Assembly (NCBI GenBank): GCA_028534125.1
Contig: CM052816.1
Span: 45,696,001-45,760,000 of the forward strand
Reading direction: 5' to 3'
DNA: 64,000 bases
Source: Lama glama
Taxonomy: Eukaryota
Each line of letters opens with the position of its first letter. Within the stretch, counting starts at the first letter, position 1. Under the pieces are notes generated by a model that worked only from the letters and a program-made list of their open reading frames with translations, made no database searches and was not told the DNA's origin. Below are positions 37,447 through 50,815 of the stretch, one piece after another. Made by a program: the position numbers and the translations under genes.

Positions 37447-38299
37447 TTCTGAAATGGAGAGATAGCTAATGTCATTACCACTGTTTACTGAGCCAGTGTC
37501 ATGTGCTGGGTGGGCACTTTGCTACGTGTTTCATGTACTTCATCTCATTTAGGCCCTCCACCAATTTCTGTGTGAATTAAGTTCTTTTCTTATATTTAAT
37601 TTTCTTGTGAAAGAAAACAAAACAAAACTGAGGGACAGAAGGGCTATCATATTCCCCTTAAACCCAAGTCTTTTGACTCAAATCTCTTGCTTTTAACCCC
37701 TGAACTATACCATTTTCCAGTAATCTCTGTTTTAAGGGTTTAATGGCATGTTGATTCGGGGAAAGCTGGTGAAAGGAGCTTGCAAGGGGGTAGGGATGAA
37801 GGATAATCTAGGGTTTCTTTCAGAAATAGTTACCTTGGCTTAGTGCAAGGAGTCATAGTTGAACAGTATGGAGAGTGGGGCTGCACATGCCAGCTGAAAA
37901 GTTGTTCTTATAAGAAACTGTGGATGGCTCTTATTTTAATCACCCTGCTCCTGACAGTGAAGTGTGACATCACTGGGGTTTTGAGAATATCAGAAAGCAA
38001 CATCTTGGGCTCAGACATGAGCATTTGTCCCAGCAGCAGTGACATGGTCTTCTTGGACCTTGGACATAACTCAGGGCACTGGGCAGGAGAGGAAGAACCT
38101 GATGGATGGTATGCTGTAGTAGACTTCCCTTGATAATGAGGACAGGCAACATTCCCTTGGAATTTTCCAGAAGCAACCTGTGGGCACTTTGCATCCTCAA
38201 GGGAAGACAAATCCCAGGAAAACAGATGATTCCTGTGAATGTGACATCATAGTACCTGTAGGATCGAGTGGCCTGAATAATAGCAGCAAGAATGATAAA

Positions 38300-38505
38300 A
38301 ATAAACTTAACATGTGCTCTTCTAAATGCTTTACATATGATTACCTTAGTCTCTAAAGCAATTTGATGAGCTAGAGAGCTAGGTATTAGTAATATCTCAA
38401 TTTTATAGATAAGAATCTTGGAGATAAATAATTTACCCAAGTTCACACAAGTTTGTCAGTGCAAGGTGAGATTAAATCAGGTATTTTTGATTCCAGAACC
38501 CATAC
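38300..38505 (-). mobile_element. MIR SINE
   Basis: CTAAATGCTTTACATATG...ATTTTATAGATAAGAA...ATTTACCCAAGTTCACACA. Confidence 0.65.
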
Positions 38506-39529
38506 CATATACTATACCTTGTTTTCTTATTTAAAGAAAAAAGCACTAGTTGAAGATGTTGTTGTACAGCTTTTGATTAGAACTACCATGAGTATTGAAA
38601 GTGGTGAATGTCAATCAGGCTAATATGCCAAGAGCATTAAAACCAGTGTTGAAGTTATGAATATAACCAAATAGAGGGGTGGGGCTTTTTGTTTGGTATT
38701 ACTCATAGTTCTTTTGATCCCATGACCTGCAGAAACTGCTAGTCATTTAGGAACAGCAAATTAAATTAATTACCCTCTTAATTCAGATTAAGTCAGAAAA
38801 AATGCTTTGAATAAAAGAAATTTTACTTGTTTTGCACTAGAAAGTCCAGCATTGATCATTGATTCCAAATTATAGTCACAAACTTGTGTTGATTTTAAAT
38901 ATCAAAGAAGTGGATCTCTAATCCTTGTTGTATGACATCTCAATTTAAGATTTAGATCTGGTTGGGAATATGAACAAATTCCATCTAATTATAAAGAAGA
39001 TAAATGTTGAAATATTGAGAGCTGTATACACTGAATATGATACTAGAGCAAAAGGGATTCAGTGACTTGATTACAATACTTAACTGTAATATAACTTAGC
39101 ACACTGCACTATATCACCTATTTCCAGGATATATGGGGTGTCTTCTTTCATCATCAGAGTCCAGCTGACTCCTCAACACAGACCTGGTCCAACATTGTGG
39201 TACTCAGCATGAGGTCACCTATAATTGCCAGTTTCTCTCTGCCCTTAAAATCTAGTTGTCGTTTAAACTTTTTCCTCATTCTTGTGACTTAGTCCTACTG
39301 TATCTGCTCTGGTTTCCAGATACTGACATTTTCTACCATGGTGGCACCCTAGCTTGGTAATTTGTCCAGCCTTTTTCTTGCATAACTCAAATCTTTTCCA
39401 AAACTCCAACCTGATGACTGGGAAATCATTCAAGGTTCTCTGTTGCTGACCATCTTCCTATACAGATTTGTGACCATCTTCAGCTCTTGAACACTGATAA
39501 CTACCTGTGTGAAGGGGCTGCTTGTGACT

Positions 39530-39713
39530 GAAGTGGTCAAACCTCAATTTTCATCAGAATCTCTTGATGTCCTTTTATAAAATAGGGCTACACCCACTAG
39601 ATGTTCTGATTTAGTCAAACGAAGTTGGAGCCTAAAAATCTGCATATTTAGCAGCTCCCCTAGGTGAGACTCTGCAGGTAAGTGGAGGACTACACCCAGG
39701 TTGAGAAACATTG
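39530..39713. mobile_element. MER5-like hAT MITE
   Basis: CATCAGAATCTCTTG...AATCTGCATATTTAGCAGCTCCCCTAGGTGA...TTGAGAAACATTG. Confidence 0.6.
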
Positions 39714-40559
39714 CTTCATTATTTGTTGCTACACCAATGATGGTTAACATTGGAATTCCTTTCTACTGGATCGGTCATGCTTCCCCAAGGTCTTATCACT
39801 TTATCCTACTTCATTTGTACCTCAGATCTCATCTTAGGTGTTGTTTCCTCTTGCTCTGGAGACTGTTGGATGCCTCTTCTATGTATGTGTTATTATACAT
39901 GCTGTCCTTATCTCTACCTAGCACATATCTCACTATATTTCCCTATTCACTTCTCTACATGAAGAGTTAACTTTGAACTCCAAGGGGAGAGTTATGTCAT
40001 GTTCACCTCTGAATCCTCACTGCCGGAAGAAGAAGTCAAGAAATAGTTATGGAATGATTAGGTCTAAATAGTTCTAGATGGTGTCTGGTCCTAGTCCCTT
40101 GTTCAGCCAAGTCATCTAGGCTACTTGAAGGTCACAATTCATAAATTGCTTTAGGGATGCTGGTCTAGACATATCCCTAAGATGTAAGAGAACTGAGGTT
40201 AGGGTCAAAAACCTGGCCTTGACCTATCCTGTTGATTACTAGACTATGGCAGAGCTTCCAACACTAGTTCTCCCATAAGGATGCACCTCAAGTAAAGATG
40301 TGAAACCATGCCCATGTGATTTCTTACAATTCAGCATATTCTAATTTTCAGTGCAAAATAACACATTCTGGACAGAGGCACTTAAACATTACAGAAAATG
40401 ATAAGTTTTCATTTCAATTCTGAAATGGATCTGGTGTTTAGAAGTGATGATAAATTTCAGAAGGCATGAAAGTTTCCTCATATTTTTTCCCCTCTAATTG
40501 TAGGCAGTCTCTGATTCCATGCAGTGAAACCTAAATCTCAGAATCCATGCATGCTAGTT

Positions 40560-41189
40560 AGTTTTTCCTTTGTATATATATAATTTTATTGAAGTATAGT
40601 CAATTTACAATGTTATGTCAATTCCCAGTGTACAGCATAATGCTTCAGTCATATATGAGCATGCATATATTTGTTTTCATATTCTTTTTCACTATAAGTT
40701 ACTACAAGATACTGAATATAGTTCCCTGTGCTATATGTTATGAACTTGTTTATCTATTTTATATATATTAGTTGGTATCTGTAAATGTCAAACTGTCAAT
40801 TTATCCCTTCCTCCCTGGTAACTATGAGTTTGTTTTCTACGTCTGTGTTTCTGTTTTGTAAATAAGTTCATTTGTCTTTTTTATTTTTTTTAGATTCCAC
40901 ATATAAGTGATATCATATGGTATTTTTCTTTCACTTTCTGACTTACTTCACTTAGAATGACAATCTCCAGATCCATCCATGTTACGGCAAATGGCATTAT
41001 TTCATTCTTTTTTTTTATAGCTGAGTAATATACCATTGTATAAATATACCAAAACTTCTTTATCCAGTCATCTGTTGATGGACATTTAGGTTGTTTCCAT
41101 GTCTTGGCTGTTGTAAACAGTGCTGCTCTGAACATTGGGGTGCATGTATCTTTTTGAATTAAGGTTCCCTCTGCATGGACACAAGCAAA
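40560..41189 (-). mobile_element. 5'-truncated LINE-1 (ORF2 C-terminus plus 3'UTR) with TSD
   Basis: DTCTPMFRAALFTTAKTWKQPKCPSTDDWIKK...KYHMISLICGI*. 14-bp TSD CATGCATGCTAGTT at 40546-40559 and 41190-41203. Confidence 0.92.
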
Positions 41190-42243
41190 CATGCATGCTA
41201 GTTTTTGAAAGGACTTTTGAGATGATCGTTTTTACAGATGAGGAAAGTTGGGTCAAATATTGTGCCTACAGTGTGCAAGGAAACAAAACAGAACAAAAAC
41301 TCGAACTGGAGTCTATCACATGCTCAGGCTCAAATAGCTACTTGGTTTTACATTTCAGGTAGATCCCAGATCTTCAGATTTCTATGAAATTCCCTACTCT
41401 GTCCAGAAATTTCCATGCTGAAGTATAATCGAGGAGGCCACAGTATATACTTGTTTGATTCAGTCTTGTCCTGCAGCCAGCTTATTTCACTCTCCACTGG
41501 GTTTTCATGATTTTTTTTTTTTATAATTCGTTTTTCCCCCAAGATCTTGTACTGTTTAATAGTTGGCCTGTTGAGTATGTGTGTACTTCAGGGATAATAA
41601 TCTTATTACTTCTTTAAGACACATATCTGGGGTTGGCAATAAGGGAACATTTAAGTGGCACTGAAGAAGGAAATGGAGGGCAGTTGAGAATGGCCATACT
41701 TAGGCAGTTAGATGTTTTTTGACTCATGCTTTATGAGCATAGATTTTGTTTTTGTATATCTTCTAAAATATAATTAAGCGATTGCAGGCTGATGGTTTCC
41801 TCAAATGGAAGTAAGCTGAAGTTTGGATAATATAATATGGAAGGAGTTTTTTTCTACTTTTTTTCCCCCTGGCACAACTTTGCTGAGCATCTTTATGTGT
41901 CAGGCACAGTATTGGGCACTGGAAACATTTTTATTTATCTGGGTAAAAACATGGAAGGCAATTTAGAATTTCATCTTAGATAAAATGTTAGAGATACAAT
42001 TTTAAACAATAGAGAAGCTATTTTTCATCCTGTATTTCACTCTTCCTGGAATTCTACTCTTGGAGGGGACTTGATTTTTTCTTATGTTAATCTAAGATTT
42101 ACTCTGTCTCCACCTGTCCTTGGAGAACTCTTCCTGGATTAGCTGGAATCTTCAAGTGCAAATTGTGTAGAAGATTTGGGATGACAACAGAGCTGTCATT
42201 ATGTAGATTAGATGTTAGCTGCTAATGTAATTTCTGAGATAAA

Positions 42244-42547
42244 TAGTTAGCCTTCCATATCTTCAGCTTCCACATCTGTGGATTCAACCAACCAGGGATC
42301 ACAAATACTTGAAAAAAAATTCAGAAAATTCCAAAAAGCTAAACTTGAATTTGCTGTGCACTGGCAACAATTTACAAAGTATTTACAACTGTTTATATAG
42401 CATTACATTGTATTAGGCATTATAAACATGTGCATAGGCTATATGCAAGTCTACATCATATTATATAGGGGACTTGAGTATCCCCGAAATTTGGTAAGGT
42501 GAGGTAGATCCTGAAACCCATCTCCTTTGGATACCAAGGGACAACTG
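42244..42547 (-). mobile_element. MER2-like Tigger/TcMar MITE
   Basis: Inverted termini TAGTTAGCCTTCCATATC ... GATACCAAGGGACAACTG followed by TA. Internal GTGGATTCAACCAACC and GGGACTTGAG. Confidence 0.8.
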
Positions 42548-45500
42548 TAATCTAAGTAAAGATTTAGATAGAACAAGTGTTCTCAATACATTGGAAGGCA
42601 AGTTCTGTCTTTGACAAGCCATATTGTCTGGTCAGCTGATTAAAATTGAATTATACCATATTGGAGAAATCTCAGTAAGTATGAAAAAGATTTAATAATG
42701 CTGAATTATTGCTCTTTTAGGATAAGAAGGAAGTCATACACAAATCAATAAATGATACTGGGTAACTCTTTGTCTCTTGAAGCTAATACTTCTAAATGGT
42801 TACAGTAAGGTTATGATAATATTTCTGGTGCTGTTAATTCTAAAACTGCTGTAGATTAGTCAGTTTTCTTAAAAATGGACAGAGTTTCAGGTATCCCTCC
42901 ACTAAATAATAGAATATCTGAAATGCAAACTAATATCTAAAATCTAAAAGAGTGGAAAAACACAGAGGACCTATAAATTGATGAAAGTTAGAGTGCAGAA
43001 GTAGACACCTGGAAAGTTTCAGTCTTAAATGAAAGGGATGCACACACACAAACATAATGAACATATACACATAGACATTTTTTTAGATGATAAAGAAGAG
43101 TGAGAGGTGATTAAACTCCATTCCAATCTACCTAGCTCACCTTTCCACTGGACAGACACAATGATTAGGTAAAGTCTAATGTCATTTAAGAGACATTCAT
43201 CAGATCCTCCTTCTTATAGTATCATTCCTTTTATTATCTTTCTATTGAGATGTCATCTTCATAAGTTCTTTGTCAAAATATAAATGGAAGGGTGACATGT
43301 AGGGCACACTGTGTAACACAGACATTTCTGGGATTAATTCAATGTTTCTAAGCATGTAGGCAGAGACTTGTGATTCTAGAAAGATGAGCAAGTGGGACAT
43401 GAAAAATTGCAGAACAAATAGTTCTACCTGCCTTCTGTAGCTGCTTTGAAGATTAATGACGTAATGCTTAAAAAATGCTGGGAATAAAAGGTTCAGTATA
43501 AATGTTTGTGTACTCTGCCAAAAAGAGCTCTCTTTCAGAACTGGTATTTTCAGAACAAATGTAAACAACCAGTGTTCCTGATGCCTTCATTCCACTATTA
43601 GGGAGCTGCCACATTGACAGCTGGATAAAACGTAGATATTTGATCCTCTGATGTTTTTCTTGCAGTTTCCCTGAGACATTCTCCACAGGGATGAGCCATG
43701 TCAAAGTGGGTCAGTCATTTTATACAGATGTAAAGTCAAAGGATAAGCACCCAATCCAGGAGTATAAGATAAGGCTAGGTTATATGTTGATGCTTAAAAT
43801 TCTAGTGCTTAAGAGCTCACAAAGCAAACACAGACACATGCTTACACATGTTAGTAGATCTAGATACAACTTAATCTCACTTTTGCATACAAATGAATTT
43901 GGTATAATTTTGAAAACTGTAAAATAATCATTCGTGGTTTGCTATTGGTTTTGTTTCTAATGATGCATTGGGGTTAAGAGTAGGGGACCTGTAGAATGCT
44001 TAGGGCAGGAAAGGGTCATAATCATGCCCTGGCCAGGAGAAATAGCACCATGAGTGCCACTTCTTGTAACTGTAGAAATAGGTCAGGATTTTAAGTGGGG
44101 AAGACTTATTGATTGTAATCTGTAATTTTGTTCCTACCATTTTTCTCCATGTCAGAGACCTATGCTTTATCTGTAATTGTGTGCTCAAAGAGTGAAACCT
44201 GTATCAAATCACCTGTTTGCATCTTATTCTGCAGCATGGTCTGATGGAACTGTAAAAGTGTGATTCAGGAATTTCAAAGGGAGTGGTAACTTACCATGGA
44301 GAATATAACAAATGAGGAAGATCTGGGCCATCTTCTTATTTTGGGGGGCTACATTGAGCAGAGAAGAGGATATTGAAGGGAAGAATTGGGGGGGGTCTCC
44401 ATTTCTATAAAAGTGAGAAGTAAAGGTTTGAATATTGTATAGGGAAAGAAACAGGGCTTCTACAGTATAGTCATAAGTTAGAAAATCTATTTCTTCCTTT
44501 CCCAGATTCCAGGGTGGGATCTGTTTCCTTTACCACTTGTATTTCTCCCCACAAATACTGGACTTTGCATTTTAAAATAGAACATCTAGAAGTAATACAC
44601 CTGAAAATTCTCCAGAAGGAAATTTTCATACCTGTCTTGCCTATGCAAGATCCTAGATAATAAATGTTTAACTATATCACTAAGACATCTTATAATTCCA
44701 AGCAGTTGGATTTCAGAATGAGAAAGGGAATTTTCAGAGAATAAGAGAAGACAGAGGTCTTCTAATACTGGGGTTGTTTGGAGAAGGGTAAGTGTAACTC
44801 TTCCAGGAAACAAAACAGAAGGCCGGAACCACCTTTCCTTTTGTTCTTGTCAGTCTGTAAGAACCTCTGCTTGCCCACAGAAGGAAACTTGACAACACTT
44901 TGGCCTATAAACACTGGCATACCAACTGTACTAAATCTCTGCCCAGCTATTTTGGGTAAGCTAGAGGAAAAATAGCAGACTGCATAGGAGGAAGCTTGGG
45001 GGCCCGCCAAGGCCATGACGTACAGGTTTCCAAGCAAAGCTATAGCTGAATCAGAAAAAGCACGTCTGAGTTGGGCTCAGATACAAGGCCTCCTCCTCTC
45101 AAATTTCTCAACTTATCTCACAGGAGGAAGCAGTGTGGATTCATAGTAGCTCTCCACCTCTCGGAGTTCATCCAACAGGCCATCAGACCATATTTTGTTG
45201 AAGTTTCATGAAACCTGGAAGGGGATGTTGGTGGAGGTGGTCCCTGTGTTGTTTTCTTTTTATTTGACCATCAAGCAGTTCATATACTCTTGTCAGTGAA
45301 GCCAAAGATTCTCAGTGGAGAAATAATGAAAACCACTGGTATTTTCCTAAAGCTGTTTGATATTTCAACAGCTCCAGTGAGTGGCTGCACAGCAGTGGCA
45401 TTCACACTGCTATTAGCATGGAAAATAAAGGGACTTTGAAAAAGAGTATGTTTCTTGTGTTAGGTTGTTCCCAGTTTCTGGACCTGATAGTTAGATGAGT

Positions 45501-45927
45501 GGTTTATTTTTCTTCATCAGATGTGGGTGAAATTGGTAGCAGGGTCATCTATTGGACATTGAATAAAATAACTCAGAAAAAAAAAGTGACCAAATTTTAA
45601 ACCCACTCGTAAATAAATCTAGGAGCCTCTCTCTCTTGTTTTTCATAGGAAGGATCCAGATTACATCTGTCAAAATCTCTTAGCTTTTCAGAAAGATGAT
45701 TTTCTGTCCTAAATGGCCAGGTAACTTGGACAAGATTTAAAAAGTGTGTGTTTTAAATATAAGCATTTTAGGAATATGCTTCTTTGTTCAGGAAACATTG
45801 TAACCAAGGTTCAGTACGTTCATTAAAACATTCAGTAATGATGGGAATATGCATCTTGAAGTTATACTACTAACATTTTAAAGTATGAAATTTTCGCATG
45901 TAGAAAAGCCATATTTTTAAGACCAAT

Positions 45928-46294
45928 TGTATTAGTCAGCCTGGGCTGTAGTGTGAATACATAAACTGGGTAGCTTAGACAGAAGAAACTTACTTCTTCC
46001 AGTTCTGGAGGCTAAGGAGTCCAAGATCAAGTTGCCATCTGATTCATGTCCTGGTCAGAGCGCTCTTTCTGGCTTGCAAACTGCCACCTTCTTCTTGTGT
46101 CCTCATATGGCGGAGTGAGAGATCTGTGATGTATCTACTTCTATGAAGACAACAGTTCTGTGAGATCAAGGCTCCACCCTTATGGCCTCCTTCAACCTTA
46201 ATTACCCCTTAAATGCTCTATCTCCAGTGCAGTCACATGGGGGTTAGTGCTTCAACATACGCATTTTGGGGAGGACACAAATGTTCCCATAGCA
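45928..46294 (-). mobile_element. Solo MaLR LTR (MLT1A-like)
   Basis: TG...CA ends, about 367 bp, CAGTTCTGGAGGCT..GTCCAAGATCAAG, 5-bp TSD CCAAT/CCAGT. Confidence 0.85.
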
Positions 46295-46769
46295 CCAGTT
46301 ATGGGTAGCGTGAAACGTTTTGATGTCAGTAAGCATTGATTCAAGAAGCAGATTATTCATGGGCCACATAGAAGTAAAGAGCCACTTAGTTTTTATAATT
46401 TCTTTTCTGTGGAAAGAGACATAGTTACATAAAAGAGTGCCCCCTTCTCTCATACTGCCAATGCACTTTGAATTCAAAATGGGATATAGAGTAGAGTCAT
46501 CATTTTAAGAAATTATTTGAATTCCACATTCAGCTTGATTTCAAGAGAGAGGGCGAGAAAGGGGTGGGGGGAGATGAAAGAAGAGGGAAGAAAAATGTTG
46601 AAAGAAATAAATGAAGACAAAAAGTGATTTCAGAGAAGGAAAGACACTCAGGAAAGAGAATGAGAAACCCATATAGAAAAGTAGATGGCAGTTCACAGAG
46701 GATGGAACAATTAGGGATGAAGTTGGAGGATGAGCCTGTGGCTGTCTAGCACAGGGGTTGGTAGAGGCT

Positions 46770-46975
46770 CTGATCTCAAGTACCTGGGTTTAAAACCTGC
46801 GCCATCTCACCAGTTAGTCGCTTTGTGGCCTTGAGTAAATTACTTTATCTCTCTGAGCTCAGTTTCCTAATTATAATGCTTTTCTCGTTATATTACCTGG
46901 TGTTCCCAAGGTAAGGATTCAATGAGATAATACTGTCTAACAAATAGTAAGCGCTCAGTAAATGCTAGCTATTAT
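46770..46975 (+). mobile_element. MIR SINE
   Basis: CTCTCTGAGCTCAGTTTCCT...AGGATTCAATGAGATAATA...GTAAGCGCTCAGTAAATGCTAGCTATTATT. Confidence 0.75.
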
Positions 46976-47210
46976 TTTTACCATTTGTCTCCCTTTGACA
47001 TATGATCTATAGCTGTTGTTGATAACCTCAGAGTGATCCCCAAGTAAGGAGTTATTTTGTTCTGTGACCTGGGGTCTGTTTCCCATGCTAGTTATGAACT
47101 CTTAAGTTACCTTGCATATGATTTTACATCAGGTATGTTGATTTAATATGGAGTCCACCTACAGTCTCCCCCTCACCCTAGATTATAGGTATTAAAGGTG
47201 GTATCTTTGG

Positions 47211-47251
47211 GGCATGAGGTACTGGGTTCCATCCCCAGGACCTCCATTAAA
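47211..47251 (+). mobile_element. 5'-truncated Vic-1-type SINE
   Basis: GCATGAGGTACTGGGTTCCATCCCCAGGACCTCCATTAAAA matches the 3' half of the SINE at 5963-6046. 17-bp TSD (14/17 identical) at 47194-47210 and 47252-47268. Confidence 0.8.
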
Positions 47252-49999
47252 AAAAGTGTTATTTTTGGTATCAAGACACTAACTTACTGAGGCTCATTAT
47301 AGTTGAGACTCTTAATGGATAAATGTCACTTGATATATCCATTCATGTATTTAAGATAATGGTTTGGCTCTTTGATTTGGAGTATTTAGAATCTGTTTGT
47401 GCTAAACATGATTTGGGCAAATAACAAATTTTCTTGATCCTAAATTTCCCCTTTATTAAAGGGATACTCAAGATGTTTGTAAAATCTGTTTCATCACATG
47501 AATGGAAGCTCTAAATCTGTTCTTGTTTATCTTCCTTTTTTGCCTTTTTTTTAGTCCCAAGTTCCTGTGTTTGGAGAGAGGCAATTCCTTTGGGGACATT
47601 ATCTTATGACTAGAAGCAGAAAGTATCAGTGACTTACTTTGAGAAATTTGCAGTTCAGTTTAACAGATGATGTAGCTGGGAAGAGGGTCAGCTAAGACAG
47701 ATTTGGGAGATGCTTGTTATTCATGGAGGCTGTAGTCCCGATTAATGTGGCTCTACATGTGTTTTAGAATTTGTAGAAGGTATATAGGTAACTGGAGGCA
47801 TGACAACCAAATCCTGGTCCTTTTATTCACTGTCATTCCTTTTTACTTTCTGGTTGCATTTTTATTTTCCCATATTTCTTCTTACTCTTGGCTGTCTTTT
47901 TTACCTGCTTACTGCCTCCTTTCAAAGAACATGGCCTGTTTGGATTGTAACATTAGTTCTGAGAAGAGACTCACAATACAGGCCATAGAAAGGAGGTATG
48001 CAGACAAACAGAGCAATAAAAAAGAATGCAATTCAAGAACATATGAAATTAAAACTATGCTTCTGGTCACTTTCTGCCTCTGTTGAGAACTCTTACAGCA
48101 CATACTTTGTTGTTTCATTTTACATAGTGATCTCCTTTCTCTTTGAATTTTGTATTCTCTCCCTCTCTCTGCTGTTGGCTATACTGAAGATTGCATATTC
48201 ATACACTATTACCGTGTATAAATGAATAAATGTACTCTAAACCGTTTGATATATTACACCAAAAACCTTATCATCTGAATCCTATCTAAGGGGTTGGGAA
48301 AGTGTGAGGATGGGGGACTCAGGGGATACACTTTGCAAAAGTTATAGGAGGGCAGGAAGGAGAATTTGGATTATAGAGCACTTGAGTTCCCTTGAGAACT
48401 GTTTATCCTTATTATCACTGTTTGCATTCTCTGCAAAGCTTTGGTTTCTCTCTCTCTGCGTTTCTCATCTTCTGAGCCACTTTGCTTCTAGCGTTGGCCT
48501 CAGAATTTCTCGGTTGTAGTTCTAGGCCCGTGTGCTTCTTGCAAGGAGTGCCTCCCTAGACTGCCTGGGCAGCTGTGCACTCAAGGATGTGGCTGGCACA
48601 CTTTCTCTCCTGTTAGTATCCTGTTCAATTAGTGTTGCATGACAGGCTGAGGGAGTGCCTATAGCCTGGTTGGGGAGTGACAGCAGAAACCTGCTTTTTG
48701 TCTGGTGACCCTACAGGGACTTCTCCATCAGGATTTGAATCTCTGGTGCACAACTTGCTGCATCTCATTCTCTGCTAATTTGCATCTTAAGTGAAGCATC
48801 TTACTTTCTAGTCATCCATATTTATGATCTATCATAGTACGTGGGTGACTCCTTTCAGTGCAATTTTCCAATGCCATTAGGTTCTGTATTCCAAATTAGG
48901 GCCACCCTGATAGAGGCACATAGTTTAGCAGATTTTAAACAGGGATAAATAAGAATAAAGTAACACTTGTAGCAAAGTCAATTTTGAGGGAAAAATGCAT
49001 TTTATGTCAACATCTGATCACCTTAAATAGCATAATAGTAGTAGTAATAAAAATTGCCTTAATATTTGTATAGTATTTAAAAATATACCACTTTCACTTG
49101 TATTTTTTCATGGGTTCCCCTCTTAAAGCCTGTGAAATTTGATAAAATGGGTGTACAGATGAGAGAACTCTCCAGGAGATAAAAGACATAAAAAATTTCA
49201 GAGCAAACCTGAAACCCTAAACCTCTGTGTCCTAATCTTATACATTTATCACTATTATGTATTATTTCATAGAGCAATTTTAGATTGGATAAATGTCTAG
49301 AAAATTCTTTTCAGTCTAACAGTAATTGAACCTCCATGTAGGGTGTTGTGTCAGGTTTTGCACACATAAAGATGAGTAAGAACTGAACCTTCATGTTACT
49401 AGTTTCTGCCACCAATATTCATGCTCAGAGATTAGCTTGGAGTTGTACAGTCTGGATATACAATTTAGCATCACCTCTCTCCAATAGCATTCCAAGATGG
49501 AACTAGCTCCCATACTAGAACTAGGGTTTGTGTTTTCTGCTAAGCCAAGAAGAACTTGCATCCTGGTACATACTTTCTGTTCTTAGGTTAACAGGCATAA
49601 TTCTTTCTATGTGTTGATGAAAATGGATCCTCAGGAAGCCTGGATGGCAGTTTGGCCATCTTGATGTCCTGTGACAGGTGTGTCAGCATACACTTAATGC
49701 GGTAAACTTTGTCTTGCCTTTACTAGAACAATATGGCTCTGCTAGGGGAGGAGAGTGTGTGTGGAGTTTGGAAGGAGGGAGAAAGGTTAAAAAAAATCTG
49801 TGGTTTAGAGTGATTTTAAGATTTTAAGATTTAAGATAAAGGATGATTCTTATTATCCCTCATTGGAAGGTTCTTTCCTACCTTGAAAAATACATTTCTT
49901 ACCTTGTAATAGTGATCATCTGATTGCTCTCCTTTCTTGTTTGGGTGTTTGGTCTATAGTTCAAACCCTCTAATTTCTTCGTGTTAGCTTAAAATACTG

Positions 50000-50815
50000 A
50001 CTTTCTCCCCTGCCTCCTGCTTTCTTCTTACCTTCTTAAAGGTACAAATGACCTAATTGCTAAAAGAAATGCCACCATTCTTTCTGTTTTCATATTTTTT
50101 AACCTCGCCATAATAGCAAAACTATCCTTTTTTTTTAGACTTGCAAGTTTCTTATCCCACAAATACTCTTTTCTCCACCTCACCATTCTTATTCTTACTA
50201 TAAGCTCCTAAGTGTGGACACCACTAGATTAAATTCTTTCTCTGTACTGTGAATATTTTATTTACATCTACTGATTGAAAAATCATCTATATGACAATAT
50301 AGATTAGTAGAGCCTGTAACATCACTTTAGATGGTCCACAACTTCCTTGGAAATACCTTTATTTAAAAAGTCCTCCAAATCCTGAATATTAAAAAACAAA
50401 ACCAAAACAACAAAGTAAAGTGTTTTCTTTCCCAACCTAAAGCTTTCCTTATTCCTGTATTTTCTATCTTGGTTAATGTTATCATCATCTACTTCAAGTT
50501 GAATTGAGACAACTTGTCTCCTTCCTCATAATCCGAATGTATTTATTTATTATTAAGACTAATCCAGTTCTTAGGTGTCTCTGAAAGCTCCAGTCATCTT
50601 TCCCAGTTTACTATCCTACTCTGGGCCTTAATCACTTTTCTTTTAGACAATTGCAACAGCTTTCTTACTTTCCCATAATTTCCTTGTAACTTTTTGTGTG
50701 GATATGAGTTTCTTTTCAAATAGATAGAACTCTTATAAAAAAATCTTATATTTCTTGTAGTAACCAGGACAGCTCCTTATGCATAGTAGGGAACTCAATA
50801 AATATTTGTGAATTT
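50000..50815 (+). mobile_element. Highly decayed LINE-2 3' region
   Basis: Ends in CATAGTAGGGAACTCAATAAATATTTGTGAAT, with L2-like pyrimidine-rich upstream sequence. Confidence 0.5.

Noticed and set aside
37843..38446. Overlapping ORFs of 96-158 aa in a GC-richer patch
   Set aside because: No recognisable protein in any frame, no poly-A or TSD, and the longest ORF begins inside a MIR. A BLASTX search would settle it.
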